The notes: generated by a model from the sequence alone, not told the origin. A DNA stretch of 124,000 bases from Hyalangium minutum (GCF_000737315.1 NZ_JMCB01000013.1:144001-268000); one strand, 5' to 3'. Shown: positions 8,611 to 21,092, counted from the first letter of the stretch. A program made the numbers and translations.

Positions 8611-9998
8611 GTGAGGGGCCGCGAGTGGACTCGCTCGATGAGGCCACGCTAAGCCGGGTCGAAGAGGTGCTGCGCGAGGCCAGCGGGATGACCCTGGCCT
8701 CCAGCGTGCGGCGCTCGCTGAGCACGGCCATCACCCGTGCGGCCGAGGCCCGGGGCATGGAGATCCCCGCCTTCCTCCAGAAGCTGCTGGCCCGCGAGGC
8801 GGCGGTGGTGGAGCAGTTCATCGAGTACGCTGTCATTGGCGAGACGTACTTCTTCCGCCACCCCGAGCACCTGCGCGAGCTGGGCCGGGTGGCCGCGCTG
8901 AAGGAGGACGGCCTGTTCCGCGTGTGGAGCGCGGGCTGCGCCACCGGCGAGGAGGCCTACAGCATCGCCATGACGCTGATGGCCGCGGGGCTGCCCGTGG
9001 AGCGCATCCGCGTGACGGCCAGCGACATCTCCGCCCGCTCGCTGCAGCGCGCCCGCGCCGCCACCTATGGCCCCTGGTCCGTGCGCCGCATCGAGCCCTC
9101 CATGGAGCGGCGCTTCCTGACGCCCCAGGGCGATCTGGTGATGGTCAGCTCCCAGGCGCGGCGGCCGGTGGAGTTCCTCCGCCACAACCTGGTGCTCGAC
9201 ACGGCGCCCGTGTCCGAGCAGGACGCCGTCTTCTGCCGCAACGTCCTCATCTACTTCCCCCACGAGTTGGTGCGGCAGGTGATCGCCAAGCTCATCGGCG
9301 CGCTCGTGCCCGGCGGGCTGCTCTTCCTGGCGCCCGCGGAGATCCCTCTCACCAATGGCATGGGGCTGGAGCAGCTCGACGTGCAGGGCTCGCCGGTCCT
9401 CCGGCTGCCCCGGCCCCGGGCCGCCACGCCCGTGGAGACCGTGGCCGTCACCACTCCGGCGGGGCCCGACCCCAAGCAGGAGCTGCTGCGCAAGCTGAAG
9501 GCGCCCGTCCTCGGCTCGGTGTCCACGGTCCGCCCGGCTCCGGCTCCCGTTCCGTCCCCCGAGCCCCCGGCGCCTGTCCGTACAGGTGCGTCCGCAGGCT
9601 CCGGTGCGGCGGCCAGTGATGACGTGATGCGTCAAGCGCTGAGAGCAGCCCAGGAAGGAAAGTTTGACCAGGCTGAAGAGCTGGCCAAGGAAGCGGCTCG
9701 GAAGCTTGTCCCCGAAGCATACCTGCTGCTGGCCATGGTCACGGAGACCCGGGGCAACCTGAACGCGGCGGTGGATTTGGTCCGCAAGGCACTGTATCTG
9801 GACCCGTCGATGGCGCTTGGCCACGCTACGCTGATGACGCTGTACTCGCGGCTGAGCAAGCGGGAAGAGGCGGAGCGGGCCCGGCAGAACGCGTTGCGCG
9901 CGCTGGATGGGTTGGACGACGAGCATCTACTCCGGGGAGTGGAAACGATGACGGCGGGAGGCTTGCGGCAGGCGCTGGCCGCTCGCAATCGGACATGA
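8607..9998 (+). CDS. cheR: CheR methyltransferase with C-terminal TPR
   Basis: IGETYFFRH, WSAGCATGEEAYS and FCRNVLIYF motifs plus TPR repeats. The GTG start overlaps the cheW stop. Confidence 0.92.
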   Translation: MSEGPRVDSLDEATLSRVEEVLREASGMTLASSVRRSLSTAITRAAEARGMEIPAFLQKLLAREAAVVEQFIEYAVIGETYFFRHPEHLRELGRVAALKEDGLFRVWSAGCATGEEAYSIAMTLMAAGLPVERIRVTASDISARSLQRARAATYGPWSVRRIEPSMERRFLTPQGDLVMVSSQARRPVEFLRHNLVLDTAPVSEQDAVFCRNVLIYFPHELVRQVIAKLIGALVPGGLLFLAPAEIPLTNGMGLEQLDVQGSPVLRLPRPRAATPVETVAVTTPAGPDPKQELLRKLKAPVLGSVSTVRPAPAPVPSPEPPAPVRTGASAGSGAAASDDVMRQALRAAQEGKFDQAEELAKEAARKLVPEAYLLLAMVTETRGNLNAAVDLVRKALYLDPSMALGHATLMTLYSRLSKREEAERARQNALRALDGLDDEHLLRGVETMTAGGLRQALAARNRT

Positions 9999-10047
9999 TG
10001 GCAGGGGCGCAGTAAGGCGCGTGTGCGCGCAATAGCTGGGAGGTCAC

Positions 10048-11675
<1,628 letters not shown>

Positions 11676-11679
<4 letters not shown>

Positions 11680-12092
11680 ACACGGCCGCGACACGAGGCG
11701 CACCGCTGAAGGTCCTGATCGTCGAGGACACCAAGACGATCACCAACCTTCTGCAGGTGTACCTGATGGGGTGGGGGCTCCAGTTCTTCGATGCCGGCAA
11801 CGGCGTCCAGGGACTGGCCAAGGCACGTGAGATCAAGCCGGATCTGATCATCTCCGACGTGCAGATGCCGGAGATGGACGGCTTCGCGCTCTGCGCGGCG
11901 GTGAGGGCGGACTCCTCACTGCACGCCACGCCCTTCCTGCTGCTCACTTCGCTCAAGGACGAGGCCAGCCGCCAGCGCGGCCGGCTGGTGGGCGCCAGCG
12001 CCTTCCTCAACAAGCCCGTCTCCGTGGACGAGCTGCGGGAGCGCGTGCGCGAGCTGCTGAAACTCCCTGTGAAGGGCCCCACGGGCCGCTGA
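11676..12092 (+). CDS. cheY: Single-domain response regulator CheY-like
   Basis: [17 protein letters not shown] and FLNKP receiver motifs. Confidence 0.88.
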
Positions 12093-12099
12093 GCCGCCG

Positions 12100-12675
12100 A
12101 TGGCCACCGAAGACACCAAGGTCGAGATCGACTACTCCACCCTCATCCAGCGCTTGGATGAGGCGCGAGCGGTGATCGAGAACGCCCAGGTGAGCCCGGA
12201 GAAGCGCCGCGAGGTGCTCTCCACGCGGGCGCGCGCCCTGGCGGGCTCTCGCGAAGAGGTTCGGCCCGAGGTCCTCACCGTGCTGGTGTTCCAGGTGGGC
12301 GGCGAGCGCTACGCGGTCCCCATCGAGCAGGTGGACCATGTGCTGGAGTCCCGAGGGCTGTGCGCCCTGCCCGGGGCGCCGAGGCATGTCATGGGTGCGC
12401 TGGTGTCACGCTCGCGCGTGGTGCCGGTGTTGGACCTGCGTCAGCTGCTGGGCCTGGAAGGAGGCGGTATGTCCGACCTGGCCAAGGTGGTGGTGGTGGA
12501 CGTGGCCGGGGATGCCTTCGGCATTGCCGCCGAGATGGTGGACGGGCGCGCGGAGCTCTTGCGCTCCACGCTCTCCCAGCCTCCTCCCGGGCCCTTCCTG
12601 TACCTGACGCCGGATCGACTCACCGTGCTGGACGTGATCCAGCTGGGGCTTCCGTCCGCCGAGAGGCGGGGGTAG
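12100..12675 (+). CDS. cheW: CheW (CheW4b-like)
   Basis: FQVGGERYAVP...LPGAPRHVMG...VPVLDL pattern. Confidence 0.88.
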   Translation: MATEDTKVEIDYSTLIQRLDEARAVIENAQVSPEKRREVLSTRARALAGSREEVRPEVLTVLVFQVGGERYAVPIEQVDHVLESRGLCALPGAPRHVMGALVSRSRVVPVLDLRQLLGLEGGGMSDLAKVVVVDVAGDAFGIAAEMVDGRAELLRSTLSQPPPGPFLYLTPDRLTVLDVIQLGLPSAERRG

Positions 12676-12684
12676 GCGAGGCGC

Positions 12685-15273
12685 ATGGACGAGCAGGTCC
12701 TTCGCAGCATCTGGCCCATCTTCTCCGCGGAGACGCGCGAGCAGATTCAGGCCATCTTCGAGAAGATCGAGATCCTCGAGAAGGATCCGGCCGGCCGGGA
12801 TCCGGACCTCTTCCCGTCCATGAAGCGGTTGGTCCACAGCCTGAAGGGCTCCGCCGCGAGCCTCGGGCTGTCGGAGATCGAGCAGGTCGTCCACGCCATC
12901 GAGGATGGGCTGGCCCGCTTCCGCTGGGACGAGCAACTGCCCGGTGAAGTGGTCAGCGTCACCGTCCGAGGGCTGCAGAAGATCGAGGACGCCCTGGGAC
13001 GCGGTGACCAGGGCGGCGAGCCGGTCATCGACGGGCTCGCGGAGCTGCTGGCCTCCCTCGGACGGGGCGGGGAACTCAAGGGGCCGAACAAGGAGCGGGA
13101 GAAGGAGAAGGAGCGCCACCGTGCTCTGGAGCGGTTCCGCCAGGACGCGATGATGGTGCTGGGGAAGCTCGAGGAGGCGCTGATCGCGCTGGTCTCGCCG
13201 GACGTGCCGGATCGCCCGGGCACCGTGAGCGCGGCGGTGGCGCTGGCCCAGTCGCTCAAGAACAAGGCCGAGACCGCCAAGGAGACCCGCGTCGCTCCGC
13301 TCGTGGAGCGGATGGCCGCGGCCTTCTCGAGGATGGAGCAGGCGGGTGACACCGCCAGCATCGCCGCGTCACAGCTCACGGAGATCCTCGTGGAGCTTCG
13401 TGGCGTGCTCGTGCCCAATGAGCCGGCGCCCTCCGCTGCCCCAGAGTCTGCTCCGGCTGCCGCGCCCGTTCCGGCAAAGCAGGTTGCTCAGGCCCTGCGC
13501 GCCGCCAGCGAGGCCTCCACTGCGCCCGCTCCCAGCACGGGTGAGGGCAAGGGGCCCGTGGATCAGGCGGTCCGCGTCTCGGTGAAGACGCTGGAGTCGC
13601 TGGGGCTCCAGGTGGAGCACCTCATCTCGGGCCGCGCCTTGCAGATGCGCCGGACGGATGCGCTCCGGGACCTGCTCGACAACACGCACGACACCATCGT
13701 TCACCTGGAGCGCTCCGCGTCGCACCTGTCCCTGTCGGGCGGGGGCGAGGCGCTGGAGTCCCTGCGGACGGGTGTGCTCAACCTGCGCAGCATCCAGAAG
13801 CGGTTGGTGGAGCTGCTGAAGGAAGGCACCCGCGAGGGTGAGCAGCTCAACCTCGTGGCCCAGGTGGTGCGCGACGACCTGCGCGACATGCGCATGGTGC
13901 CCGCCGCGCAGGTGCTGGAGCCGCTGCGACGCACGGTGCGCGAGGTGAGCTCGCGCCTGGGCAAGCAGGTGGAGCTCTTCATCTCGGGCGGAGACGTGCG
14001 GCTGGACCGCCGCATCCTGGATGCCTTGAAGGATCCGCTGCAGCACCTGGTGCGCAACGCCATCGACCACGGCATCGAGATGCCGGACGTCCGCCGCGAG
14101 GCGGACAAGAACGAGAAGGGCAAGCTCTGGATTCGCGTGGAGCCGCGAGGCACCCGCATCGCCGTCGTCGTGGAGGATGACGGCGGAGGCTTGTCTCCCG
14201 CGAGGGTGCGCGCCACCGCCGTGAAGCGCGGGCTGTTGAGCTCGGAGGCCGCGGCGAAGCTCCCGGATGCTCAGGCCGCGCGGCTCATCTTCCAGCCCGG
14301 CTTCTCCACCCGAGACCAGGTGACGGAGACCTCCGGCCGTGGCGTGGGCCTGGACGTGGTGCTGGCCACCGCCCAGCGGCTTCAGGGCGCGGTGGACATC
14401 TCCTACACCGAGGGGCAGGGGACGCGCTTCACCATCGATCTGCCGCTCTCGCTGGCCTCCGCGCTGGGGCTGCTGATCCGCGTGGGCACGGCCATCGTTG
14501 CCGTGCCTTCGGACATGGTCGAGCGCGTGTTCCGGCTGGCCCCGGGTGACGTGGGCACGGTGGCCGGACGTGTGGTGGCTCGCGTGGACAACGAGCAGAT
14601 CACCTTCCTCTCGCTCTCCGAGGCCATCGGGCTGCCCCGGCTGCCGCTGGCGCTCGAGGCCGGGAAGATGCAGACGGTCATGCTGCTCACGCTCGGCAAG
14701 GAGCGGGCGCTGTACGCCATTGATGAGGTGGTGGGACAGCAGGACGTCGTCGTCCGCACGCTGGGTCCGCACCTGAAGGGCGTGGCGCACCTGGCGGGCG
14801 CCGCCGTGCTGGATGACGGCCGCTTGGTGCCGGTGCTCAACGCGCCGGAGTTGTTGCGCGCCGCCGCCCCGAGCACGCGCGGCATCAGCACCGGCGAGAT
14901 CCGCCGTCCTCGCGTCCTGGTGACGGACGACTCGCTGACCACGCGCTTCGCGATGAAGTCGCTGCTGGAGATCGCCGGCTACCCGGTGGTCACCGCGTCG
15001 GACGGCGAGGAGGCCTGGGAGGTGCTGGAGCGCACGCCTTGCCAGCTCGTGGTCAGCGACTGGCAGATGCCCCGGCTGGACGGCGTGGGCCTCACGCGGC
15101 GCATTCGCGCCCACCCGACGCTCAATCGCACGCCCGTCATCCTCGTCACCTCGCTCGACAGCCCCGAGGAGCGGGCCGAGGGCCTCGAGGCGGGCGCGGA
15201 CGGCTACCTCGTCAAGCGCGAGGTGGAGCGCGGCAAGCTGCTGGAACTCGTGCGGCAGCTGATGCCTGGGTAG
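12685..15273 (+). CDS. cheA: Hybrid CheA histidine kinase-receiver (CheA4-like)
   Basis: Hpt (HSLKGSA), HLVRNAIDHGIE, FSTRDQVTETSGRGVGLDVV, a CheW domain and a C-terminal receiver. Confidence 0.95.
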   Translation: MDEQVLRSIWPIFSAETREQIQAIFEKIEILEKDPAGRDPDLFPSMKRLVHSLKGSAASLGLSEIEQVVHAIEDGLARFRWDEQLPGEVVSVTVRGLQKIEDALGRGDQGGEPVIDGLAELLASLGRGGELKGPNKEREKEKERHRALERFRQDAMMVLGKLEEALIALVSPDVPDRPGTVSAAVALAQSLKNKAETAKETRVAPLVERMAAAFSRMEQAGDTASIAASQLTEILVELRGVLVPNEPAPSAAPESAPAAAPVPAKQVAQALRAASEASTAPAPSTGEGKGPVDQAVRVSVKTLESLGLQVEHLISGRALQMRRTDALRDLLDNTHDTIVHLERSASHLSLSGGGEALESLRTGVLNLRSIQKRLVELLKEGTREGEQLNLVAQVVRDDLRDMRMVPAAQVLEPLRRTVREVSSRLGKQVELFISGGDVRLDRRILDALKDPLQHLVRNAIDHGIEMPDVRREADKNEKGKLWIRVEPRGTRIAVVVEDDGGGLSPARVRATAVKRGLLSSEAAAKLPDAQAARLIFQPGFSTRDQVTETSGRGVGLDVVLATAQRLQGAVDISYTEGQGTRFTIDLPLSLASALGLLIRVGTAIVAVPSDMVERVFRLAPGDVGTVAGRVVARVDNEQITFLSLSEAIGLPRLPLALEAGKMQTVMLLTLGKERALYAIDEVVGQQDVVVRTLGPHLKGVAHLAGAAVLDDGRLVPVLNAPELLRAAAPSTRGISTGEIRRPRVLVTDDSLTTRFAMKSLLEIAGYPVVTASDGEEAWEVLERTPCQLVVSDWQMPRLDGVGLTRRIRAHPTLNRTPVILVTSLDSPEERAEGLEAGADGYLVKREVERGKLLELVRQLMPG

Positions 15274-15288
15274 TCCGGGCGCTCCGGC

Positions 15289-18200
15289 TCAGAGCGCCTC
15301 CACCGTCACCGTGTTGTCTTCCGGCTTCCGGTCGATCAGCTTGTAGAGCGGATCCAGCCCCGCCTTGGCGGGGCGCGTGCTCACCTGCACGGTGAAGCTG
15401 ACGTCCCCCTGCTGGATGAGGCGCTTCTCCAGGAAGAGGGGCTTGCCGTCCGCGTCGAGCACGCCCACGTCCACGTAGTCGTTGAGCGGGAGTTCCTTCT
15501 CCTGGCCCAGCCCGTCCGCCTCCACCTTGCGAGCCTTGGCGGTGATCTTCACCTCGAAGCGCCCGTTGGGCAGGGCCGTGGAGGTGGCGGTGACAGCGCG
15601 GTTCTCGTAGAGGGTGATGCGGTCGAAGAAGTCCTCGAGCAGGTAGCGCAGGTGATCGGGCGTCACCGCGCGCAGCTCGGCGATCAGCTCGGGCGAGTGG
15701 GTGAACGGAGGCGACTGGTACGCCGTCTTTCGGAGGAAGGAGGCGAGGGCCTGGTTCACCTTGTCCTCGCCCAGGTAGTCCTGCAGCGCGTACATGATGA
15801 GGCTGCCCTTGCGGTAATGGACGTAGCCCTGGTTCTCTACGCGCCCCAGGGGCATCTCCTTGTTGCGCTCGATGCTGCGGCCATTGAGGTAGCGGTCCAG
15901 CTCGTAGCGCAGAAAGCGGCCCATCTTCTCCGCCCCGTACTTGCGCTTCATCACCATCAGCGCCGAGTACTGCGACAGCGTCTCCGACAAGAGCGTGGCG
16001 CCCTGTACGTTGCCGCCGACCACCTGGTGCGCCCACCACTGGTGGGCCACTTCGTGCGCGGTGACGTAGTACGGGTAGTCCACGTCCTTGGGATCGTCCG
16101 GATCCACCCGGGCGATGAAGCCGATGCTCTCCGAGTAGGGGATGGTGTTGGGGAAGGACTGGGCGAAGGAGGCGTAGCGGGGGAACTCCAGGATGCGCAC
16201 CTGCCGGTGCTGGTACGGGCTGAAGGCGTTCGTGAAGTAGTCCAGCGAATCCTTCACGGACGCGATCATCCGGTCCAGGTTGTACTCGTGGCCGGGATGG
16301 TAATAGACCTCGATGGCCACGCCGTTCCACGCGTCGCGCTTCACCTGCCAGCGCGCGGAGAGGAATGAGAAGAAGCTCAGGATGGGGCGGTCCATCTTGT
16401 AGTGGAAGTAGCGCCGCCCGCCCTCGGTCCACTCGCGCTCCAAGTAGCCGGGCGCCAGGGCGATCTGATCGGGCGAGGTGCTGACGGTGGTCTCGAAGGT
16501 GATCCAGTCCGAGTCCGAGCCGATATAGGTGTTCATCCGCGCCTTCAGATCGTTGACGTCGGCCATGCGCTCCTTGGGGGCCAGTCCCAGGCGGCGGCGG
16601 GTGTCCTCGTCCGACAGCTCGGAGTTCTCCTGGTAGCCCAGGTGAGGCAAGGCCTCGCTGTTGACGAAGGTGCCGTTGTCCACCACCTCCGTGGGCTGTG
16701 ATCTGTTCTTGAAGCCTCGGGCTGCGTACTCGAGATCAAAGCTCAGCTCCGCCTTCGCGCCGGGCGCGAGCGGCTCTGGCAGGCGGTACGTATAGAAGCC
16801 GAGCCGCGTGTCCTGCTCCGAGGCGGTGTCCAGCCCCACCACCGAGAGCTTGTGGATCGTCAGCTCCGAGCGGGGCGGGAGGTTCACGTAAACCGTCTTC
16901 ACCGGCTGGCCCGAGCGATTCTCCAAGCCGTAGATGCCCAGGAAGCGGACGCGGGCCTCCTGGGGATAGATGTCCGTCTGCACCTTCACCGACACGATGC
17001 GCGGCTGGGGCTCCGAGGAGAGGGCCTTGTACTTCTTCTCGTAGTCCGCCTGCTCGGCCTGCTGCTCCCGCTCGGTGAGGTAGCGGTTGAGGCGGTTGGT
17101 GTTGTGGAAGATGGAGATGCCCACTCCCGCGAAGCCGAGCAGCGCGACCGCGAGTCCCACACGCACCGGACCGGACAGCCGCGTCCCCACTGTGCGCAGC
17201 CGCCAGGAGGCGCCCTCCTCGGAGCCTCGGGCCCAGAAGAGGTGGGCCGCCAGGGCCAGCGCCAGGGCCGCCAGCCCCCAGTACAGGTGGAACCAGAAGT
17301 ACGGCCGGAGGAACGGCCCGAAGCCGTTCATGTCTGAGTACGTGTACGAGGGCGAGCCCGCGTAGCTGTACAGGTTGTGCTCGAAGCCGAACTGCGAGGC
17401 GAACTGCGAGAGCACCAGGTAGAGCACCATGATGAAGTGCCCCACGTACTTGTGGTTGACCACCACGTGGATGAACACCGCGAGCACGCACAGCAGCCAC
17501 AGATCCGGCAGCCGCAGGCCGAACAGCTCCGTCACGTAGAGGCCCAGCTCGAAGTGCGTGTAGCCCTTCGCAGCCTGGACGATGAGCCCGCAGAGGAACA
17601 CCACGCAGGTGAGGATCACCTGCACACCCATGAGGGCCAGCAGCTTGGAGACGTATGGGAGCCAGCCCGGCGTAGGCAGCGCGTCCATCAGCCCGCTCAT
17701 CTGCGCGTCTCGCTCCCGCCAGATGAGCTCGCCCGAATAGAAGGTGATGATGATGATGTGGAAGAGGGCGAAGGTGCCGCCCACCATCTCCAGCACCATG
17801 TACGTCACGGGCCAGGTGTTGGTGCCGTACATCGAGCCCATGGCGCGCGCGCTGATGAAGACGAAGAGCACCCCCGCGAGCACCATCACCAGGAAGTAGA
17901 CGTTCTTCACCGTCTCCTTCAGGTCCAGCCACGTCAGCTTCGGGAGCAGCCGCAGGAAGGTGGTACCTCGGAAGTCCCGGTTGAGCGCGGGCAGCGGAGC
18001 GATGGAGGCGGGGAGCGCGGGCTCGGAGGAGGGCTCCTGCTCCTTCTGGCCCCGGAGGGGCAGTGCGTGCGTCCGCTGGAAGCGCACGTACGTGAAGACG
18101 AGCGCCACGATGCCCACCGCCAGCCACACCAGCCGGTTGAGCAGGAACCAGCCCTCCAGGGGCAGCAGGCGGGTGTTCTTCTCGGCCACCGTCCAGTACT

Positions 18201-18876
18201 CGGTCACCACGCGCTGAGCGTTGAGGCCGAAGGGATCGGCCAGCGCGGAGATCCACTTGGTCTCCAGCTCGCGCATCAGGCTGCCGCCGATGAGGTAGCC
18301 GATGAAGAGCACCACGGTGCCCACGTACACGGGGAGGATGCGCCGGGTGAGCGCGGCCAGCGCGAAGAAGAGGGCGCCCGCGAAGAAGAGGTTGGGCAAC
18401 ACGCTCGTCACGTACGGCCAGAGGTACGCGGCGCCTGAGTTGGGGCCCACCAAATGCTTCTGGAGCCACGGCATGTAGCTGCCCACGAAGGCCCCCAGGC
18501 CGATGCTCGAGAAGATGACGAGCAGGACGAGGAACGCCCCCAAGAAGCGGCCGAAGAGGTACTGGGCCTTGGAGATGGGCGTGGTGAAGAACAGCGTGTG
18601 CGAGCCCGCGGCGAAGTCCTGGTACACCGCCTGGCCCATCATCGCGCCAGAGATGATGACGCCCGTGAAGCCCAGGTAGGCCATCATCACGCTGAGCGAG
18701 TGAGGCGAGTTGGCCAGCACCTTGCCGCCCCCACCCGCGTTGAAGGTGACGGCCTCCCAGGCTCCGGCTGCGGCGTTCATCAAGATGAAGCCCAGCGCCA
18801 GGTACACGCCGAAGTACACCCACGTGGAGAGCATCTTGAGCCGGCGGCGCAGCTCGAAGAGAGCGATGGCGATCAT
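15289..18876 (-). CDS. ABC-2 permease / M1 aminopeptidase fusion
   Basis: Two multi-TM permease blocks followed by the HEVAHQWW...SETLSQY gluzincin motif. Confidence 0.9.
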   Translation of the reverse strand: MIAIALFELRRRLKMLSTWVYFGVYLALGFILMNAAAGAWEAVTFNAGGGGKVLANSPHSLSVMMAYLGFTGVIISGAMMGQAVYQDFAAGSHTLFFTTPISKAQYLFGRFLGAFLVLLVIFSSIGLGAFVGSYMPWLQKHLVGPNSGAAYLWPYVTSVLPNLFFAGALFFALAALTRRILPVYVGTVVLFIGYLIGGSLMRELETKWISALADPFGLNAQRVVTEYWTVAEKNTRLLPLEGWFLLNRLVWLAVGIVALVFTYVRFQRTHALPLRGQKEQEPSSEPALPASIAPLPALNRDFRGTTFLRLLPKLTWLDLKETVKNVYFLVMVLAGVLFVFISARAMGSMYGTNTWPVTYMVLEMVGGTFALFHIIIITFYSGELIWRERDAQMSGLMDALPTPGWLPYVSKLLALMGVQVILTCVVFLCGLIVQAAKGYTHFELGLYVTELFGLRLPDLWLLCVLAVFIHVVVNHKYVGHFIMVLYLVLSQFASQFGFEHNLYSYAGSPSYTYSDMNGFGPFLRPYFWFHLYWGLAALALALAAHLFWARGSEEGASWRLRTVGTRLSGPVRVGLAVALLGFAGVGISIFHNTNRLNRYLTEREQQAEQADYEKKYKALSSEPQPRIVSVKVQTDIYPQEARVRFLGIYGLENRSGQPVKTVYVNLPPRSELTIHKLSVVGLDTASEQDTRLGFYTYRLPEPLAPGAKAELSFDLEYAARGFKNRSQPTEVVDNGTFVNSEALPHLGYQENSELSDEDTRRRLGLAPKERMADVNDLKARMNTYIGSDSDWITFETTVSTSPDQIALAPGYLEREWTEGGRRYFHYKMDRPILSFFSFLSARWQVKRDAWNGVAIEVYYHPGHEYNLDRMIASVKDSLDYFTNAFSPYQHRQVRILEFPRYASFAQSFPNTIPYSESIGFIARVDPDDPKDVDYPYYVTAHEVAHQWWAHQVVGGNVQGATLLSETLSQYSALMVMKRKYGAEKMGRFLRYELDRYLNGRSIERNKEMPLGRVENQGYVHYRKGSLIMYALQDYLGEDKVNQALASFLRKTAYQSPPFTHSPELIAELRAVTPDHLRYLLEDFFDRITLYENRAVTATSTALPNGRFEVKITAKARKVEADGLGQEKELPLNDYVDVGVLDADGKPLFLEKRLIQQGDVSFTVQVSTRPAKAGLDPLYKLIDRKPEDNTVTVEAL

Positions 18877-18886
18877 GTCGCGCTCC

Positions 18887-19795
18887 TCAGGCCACGGCCG
18901 GTGTGGCGGGGACCGGCGCTGTCTGCACGTGGCCCTTGATGGTGGCGAAGTAGGCGTCCTCGAGATCCGGCTCCACGGGCTCGAAGCCCGCGCCCGGTGA
19001 GCCCTCGCTGTAGACGTGCACGCGCGTGCGCCCCATCACCAGCCGGGTGGAGATGACGCGCTGCTGGGCCTGCACGTCCGCCAGCTCCGCCTTCTCCACG
19101 AAGCGCCGCCAGATGCGCCCGGAGAGCCGCGAGATGGCCTCCTGCGGCTCGCCCGCGAGCAGCACCCGGCCCTTGTCCAGCACCGCCATCTGCGAGCACA
19201 GCTCGTGGACGTCCGCGACGATGTGCGTGGAGAGGATGACGATGACGTCCTGGCCGATGTCCGCCAGCAGGTTGTGGAAGCGGACACGCTCCTCGGGATC
19301 CAGACCGGCGGTGGGCTCGTCCACGATGAGCAACTGGGGGTTGCCCAGCAGCGCCTGCGCAATCCCGAAGCGCTGGCGCATGCCGCCGGAGAAGCTGCCC
19401 AGTGGCTTCTTGCGAGCCGCGTAGAGGTTGGTCTGGTTCAGCAGCGCGGAGACGCGCGCCTTGCGCTCCTTCGCCTGGCTGATGCCCTTGAGCGTGGCCA
19501 GGTGCTCCAGCAGATCCTCGGCGGACACCTTGGGGTAGAGACCGAAGTCCTGCGGCAGGTAGCCGAGCACCCGCCGCACCGCGTCCTTGTCCCGCAGCAC
19601 GTCGATATTCCCGAGCGTGGCGCTCCCGCTGTCCGCCTCCTGGAGCGTGGCCAGGGTGCGCATCAGCGTGGACTTGCCCGCGCCGTTGGGCCCCAGCAGA
19701 CCGAACATCCCGGGCCGCACGGTGAGTGTGACATCTGCCAGCGCCTGCGTCCCATTGGGATAGCGCTTGGACAGGTTCTGGATGCGAAGCTCCAC
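18887..19795 (-). CDS. ABC transporter ATP-binding protein
   Basis: GPNGAGKST Walker A, FSGGMRQR signature, LIVDEP Walker B. Confidence 0.93.
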   Translation of the reverse strand: MELRIQNLSKRYPNGTQALADVTLTVRPGMFGLLGPNGAGKSTLMRTLATLQEADSGSATLGNIDVLRDKDAVRRVLGYLPQDFGLYPKVSAEDLLEHLATLKGISQAKERKARVSALLNQTNLYAARKKPLGSFSGGMRQRFGIAQALLGNPQLLIVDEPTAGLDPEERVRFHNLLADIGQDVIVILSTHIVADVHELCSQMAVLDKGRVLLAGEPQEAISRLSGRIWRRFVEKAELADVQAQQRVISTRLVMGRTRVHVYSEGSPGAGFEPVEPDLEDAYFATIKGHVQTAPVPATPAVA

Positions 19796-19849
19796 GGAAG
19801 GCCCTTGGATGAAGAGGGCCGCATCATGGAAGCAGGTGGGAGCCTTTGG

Positions 19850-20911
19850 CTAGCGAGGCCGCGCGTTCACCGTGGCGGCGGGCAGATGGAGCCGCAGCTC
19901 GAAGGGCGCCTCGTCCTGGATCGAAAGGGCACCCCCCAGCCGCTGCAGGAGCTGCTCCAGCCGCGCCAGCTTCCGGGCCATCAGCAGCCGGGGCCGGTCC
20001 GTGGACACGCTCAGCGTCCACATGCCCAGCTTCTCCTGCTCCTCGATGTGCACCCGCACCACGCCGACCCGTGAGGTGCCCAGATCCCTGGCCAGCAGCC
20101 GCGTCAGCTGCGTCACCACCGAGCGAGGACCTCGCACCGGTGCCCACTTCGCCGAGCACTCGAAGTGCAGGGGGAGCTTCCGGGCCCGCGCCATCGGCTC
20201 GAAGGCCTCGAGCGCCAGGGCGCGCAGATCCTCCGGCGCCCCGCCGCGCGAGAGCTGCCGGGAGATGAGCTGGCCCATCATCTGGGTGGAGCCCTGCATG
20301 CGCTCCACATATTTCTCCATGGTGGGCGTGAGCTCGCCCGTCATGCCCTTGCGCATCATCTCCAGGTAGCCCTGGATGACGAGCAGCGGAGTCCGCAGGT
20401 CGTGAGAAGCCCGGGAGCGGTTGCTCTCCCGATAGGACAGCTCGCGCTGCAGCTGCCGCAACTGTTGGCAAAGCGAGGCTTGCCTGCCCTGAAGGCTGGC
20501 CTCTCGCCTCCACGCCTTGAGGAGCGAACCCGCCAGCCCGGCGAAGCGCTCCAGTGTCTCGCGTTGTTCTCCGCTGGTCCGCTCCGGAATCACTCCGAGT
20601 GACGAGCGGCCCTCCTCTATTGGAATGAGCTGGGAGGCGCGCAGACGGGACAGGGAAGGCAGCCGCAGCCCCGCCTCCGCAATCCGCACCCGCCCCTCAT
20701 GGAGGGCGATGCCCGCCACCCCCGTGAGCCGCAGGGCTTCCTTCAGGAGCGCGTCGATGCCCGCGCGAGCCCCGTCCCGGAGAGAGCGCTCGGCCACCGC
20801 CGCCAGCGATCGCTCCACCTCTATTACTCCAACAGAATCTTCGGGCCGACGCCCGCTCAACGCTCCGGCATGCACGTGGCTAGGAATGAGCACGCCTTCA
20901 GATAGGCGCAA
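19850..20911 (-). CDS. HisKA-domain protein with degenerate HATPase region
   Basis: SHDLRTPL H-box is present; no recognisable N, G1 or G2 boxes downstream. Confidence 0.7.
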   Translation of the reverse strand: MRLSEGVLIPSHVHAGALSGRRPEDSVGVIEVERSLAAVAERSLRDGARAGIDALLKEALRLTGVAGIALHEGRVRIAEAGLRLPSLSRLRASQLIPIEEGRSSLGVIPERTSGEQRETLERFAGLAGSLLKAWRREASLQGRQASLCQQLRQLQRELSYRESNRSRASHDLRTPLLVIQGYLEMMRKGMTGELTPTMEKYVERMQGSTQMMGQLISRQLSRGGAPEDLRALALEAFEPMARARKLPLHFECSAKWAPVRGPRSVVTQLTRLLARDLGTSRVGVVRVHIEEQEKLGMWTLSVSTDRPRLLMARKLARLEQLLQRLGGALSIQDEAPFELRLHLPAATVNARPR

Positions 20912-21092
20912 CGGTACCCACTCTGAGGACTGATCGACACACGACAGAGAAACGACTTTCCCTCTCCGCGTGCGCAGTCATGGCGTTTTTACCGGTGCGC
21001 AGACCCCTCGGGAGACCCAACCCCAACAAGATCCACGGCTTACCCCTGGCCGGGCGATTGCTAACCGCTGACCCGGAGCGCGAAAGGGGCGG

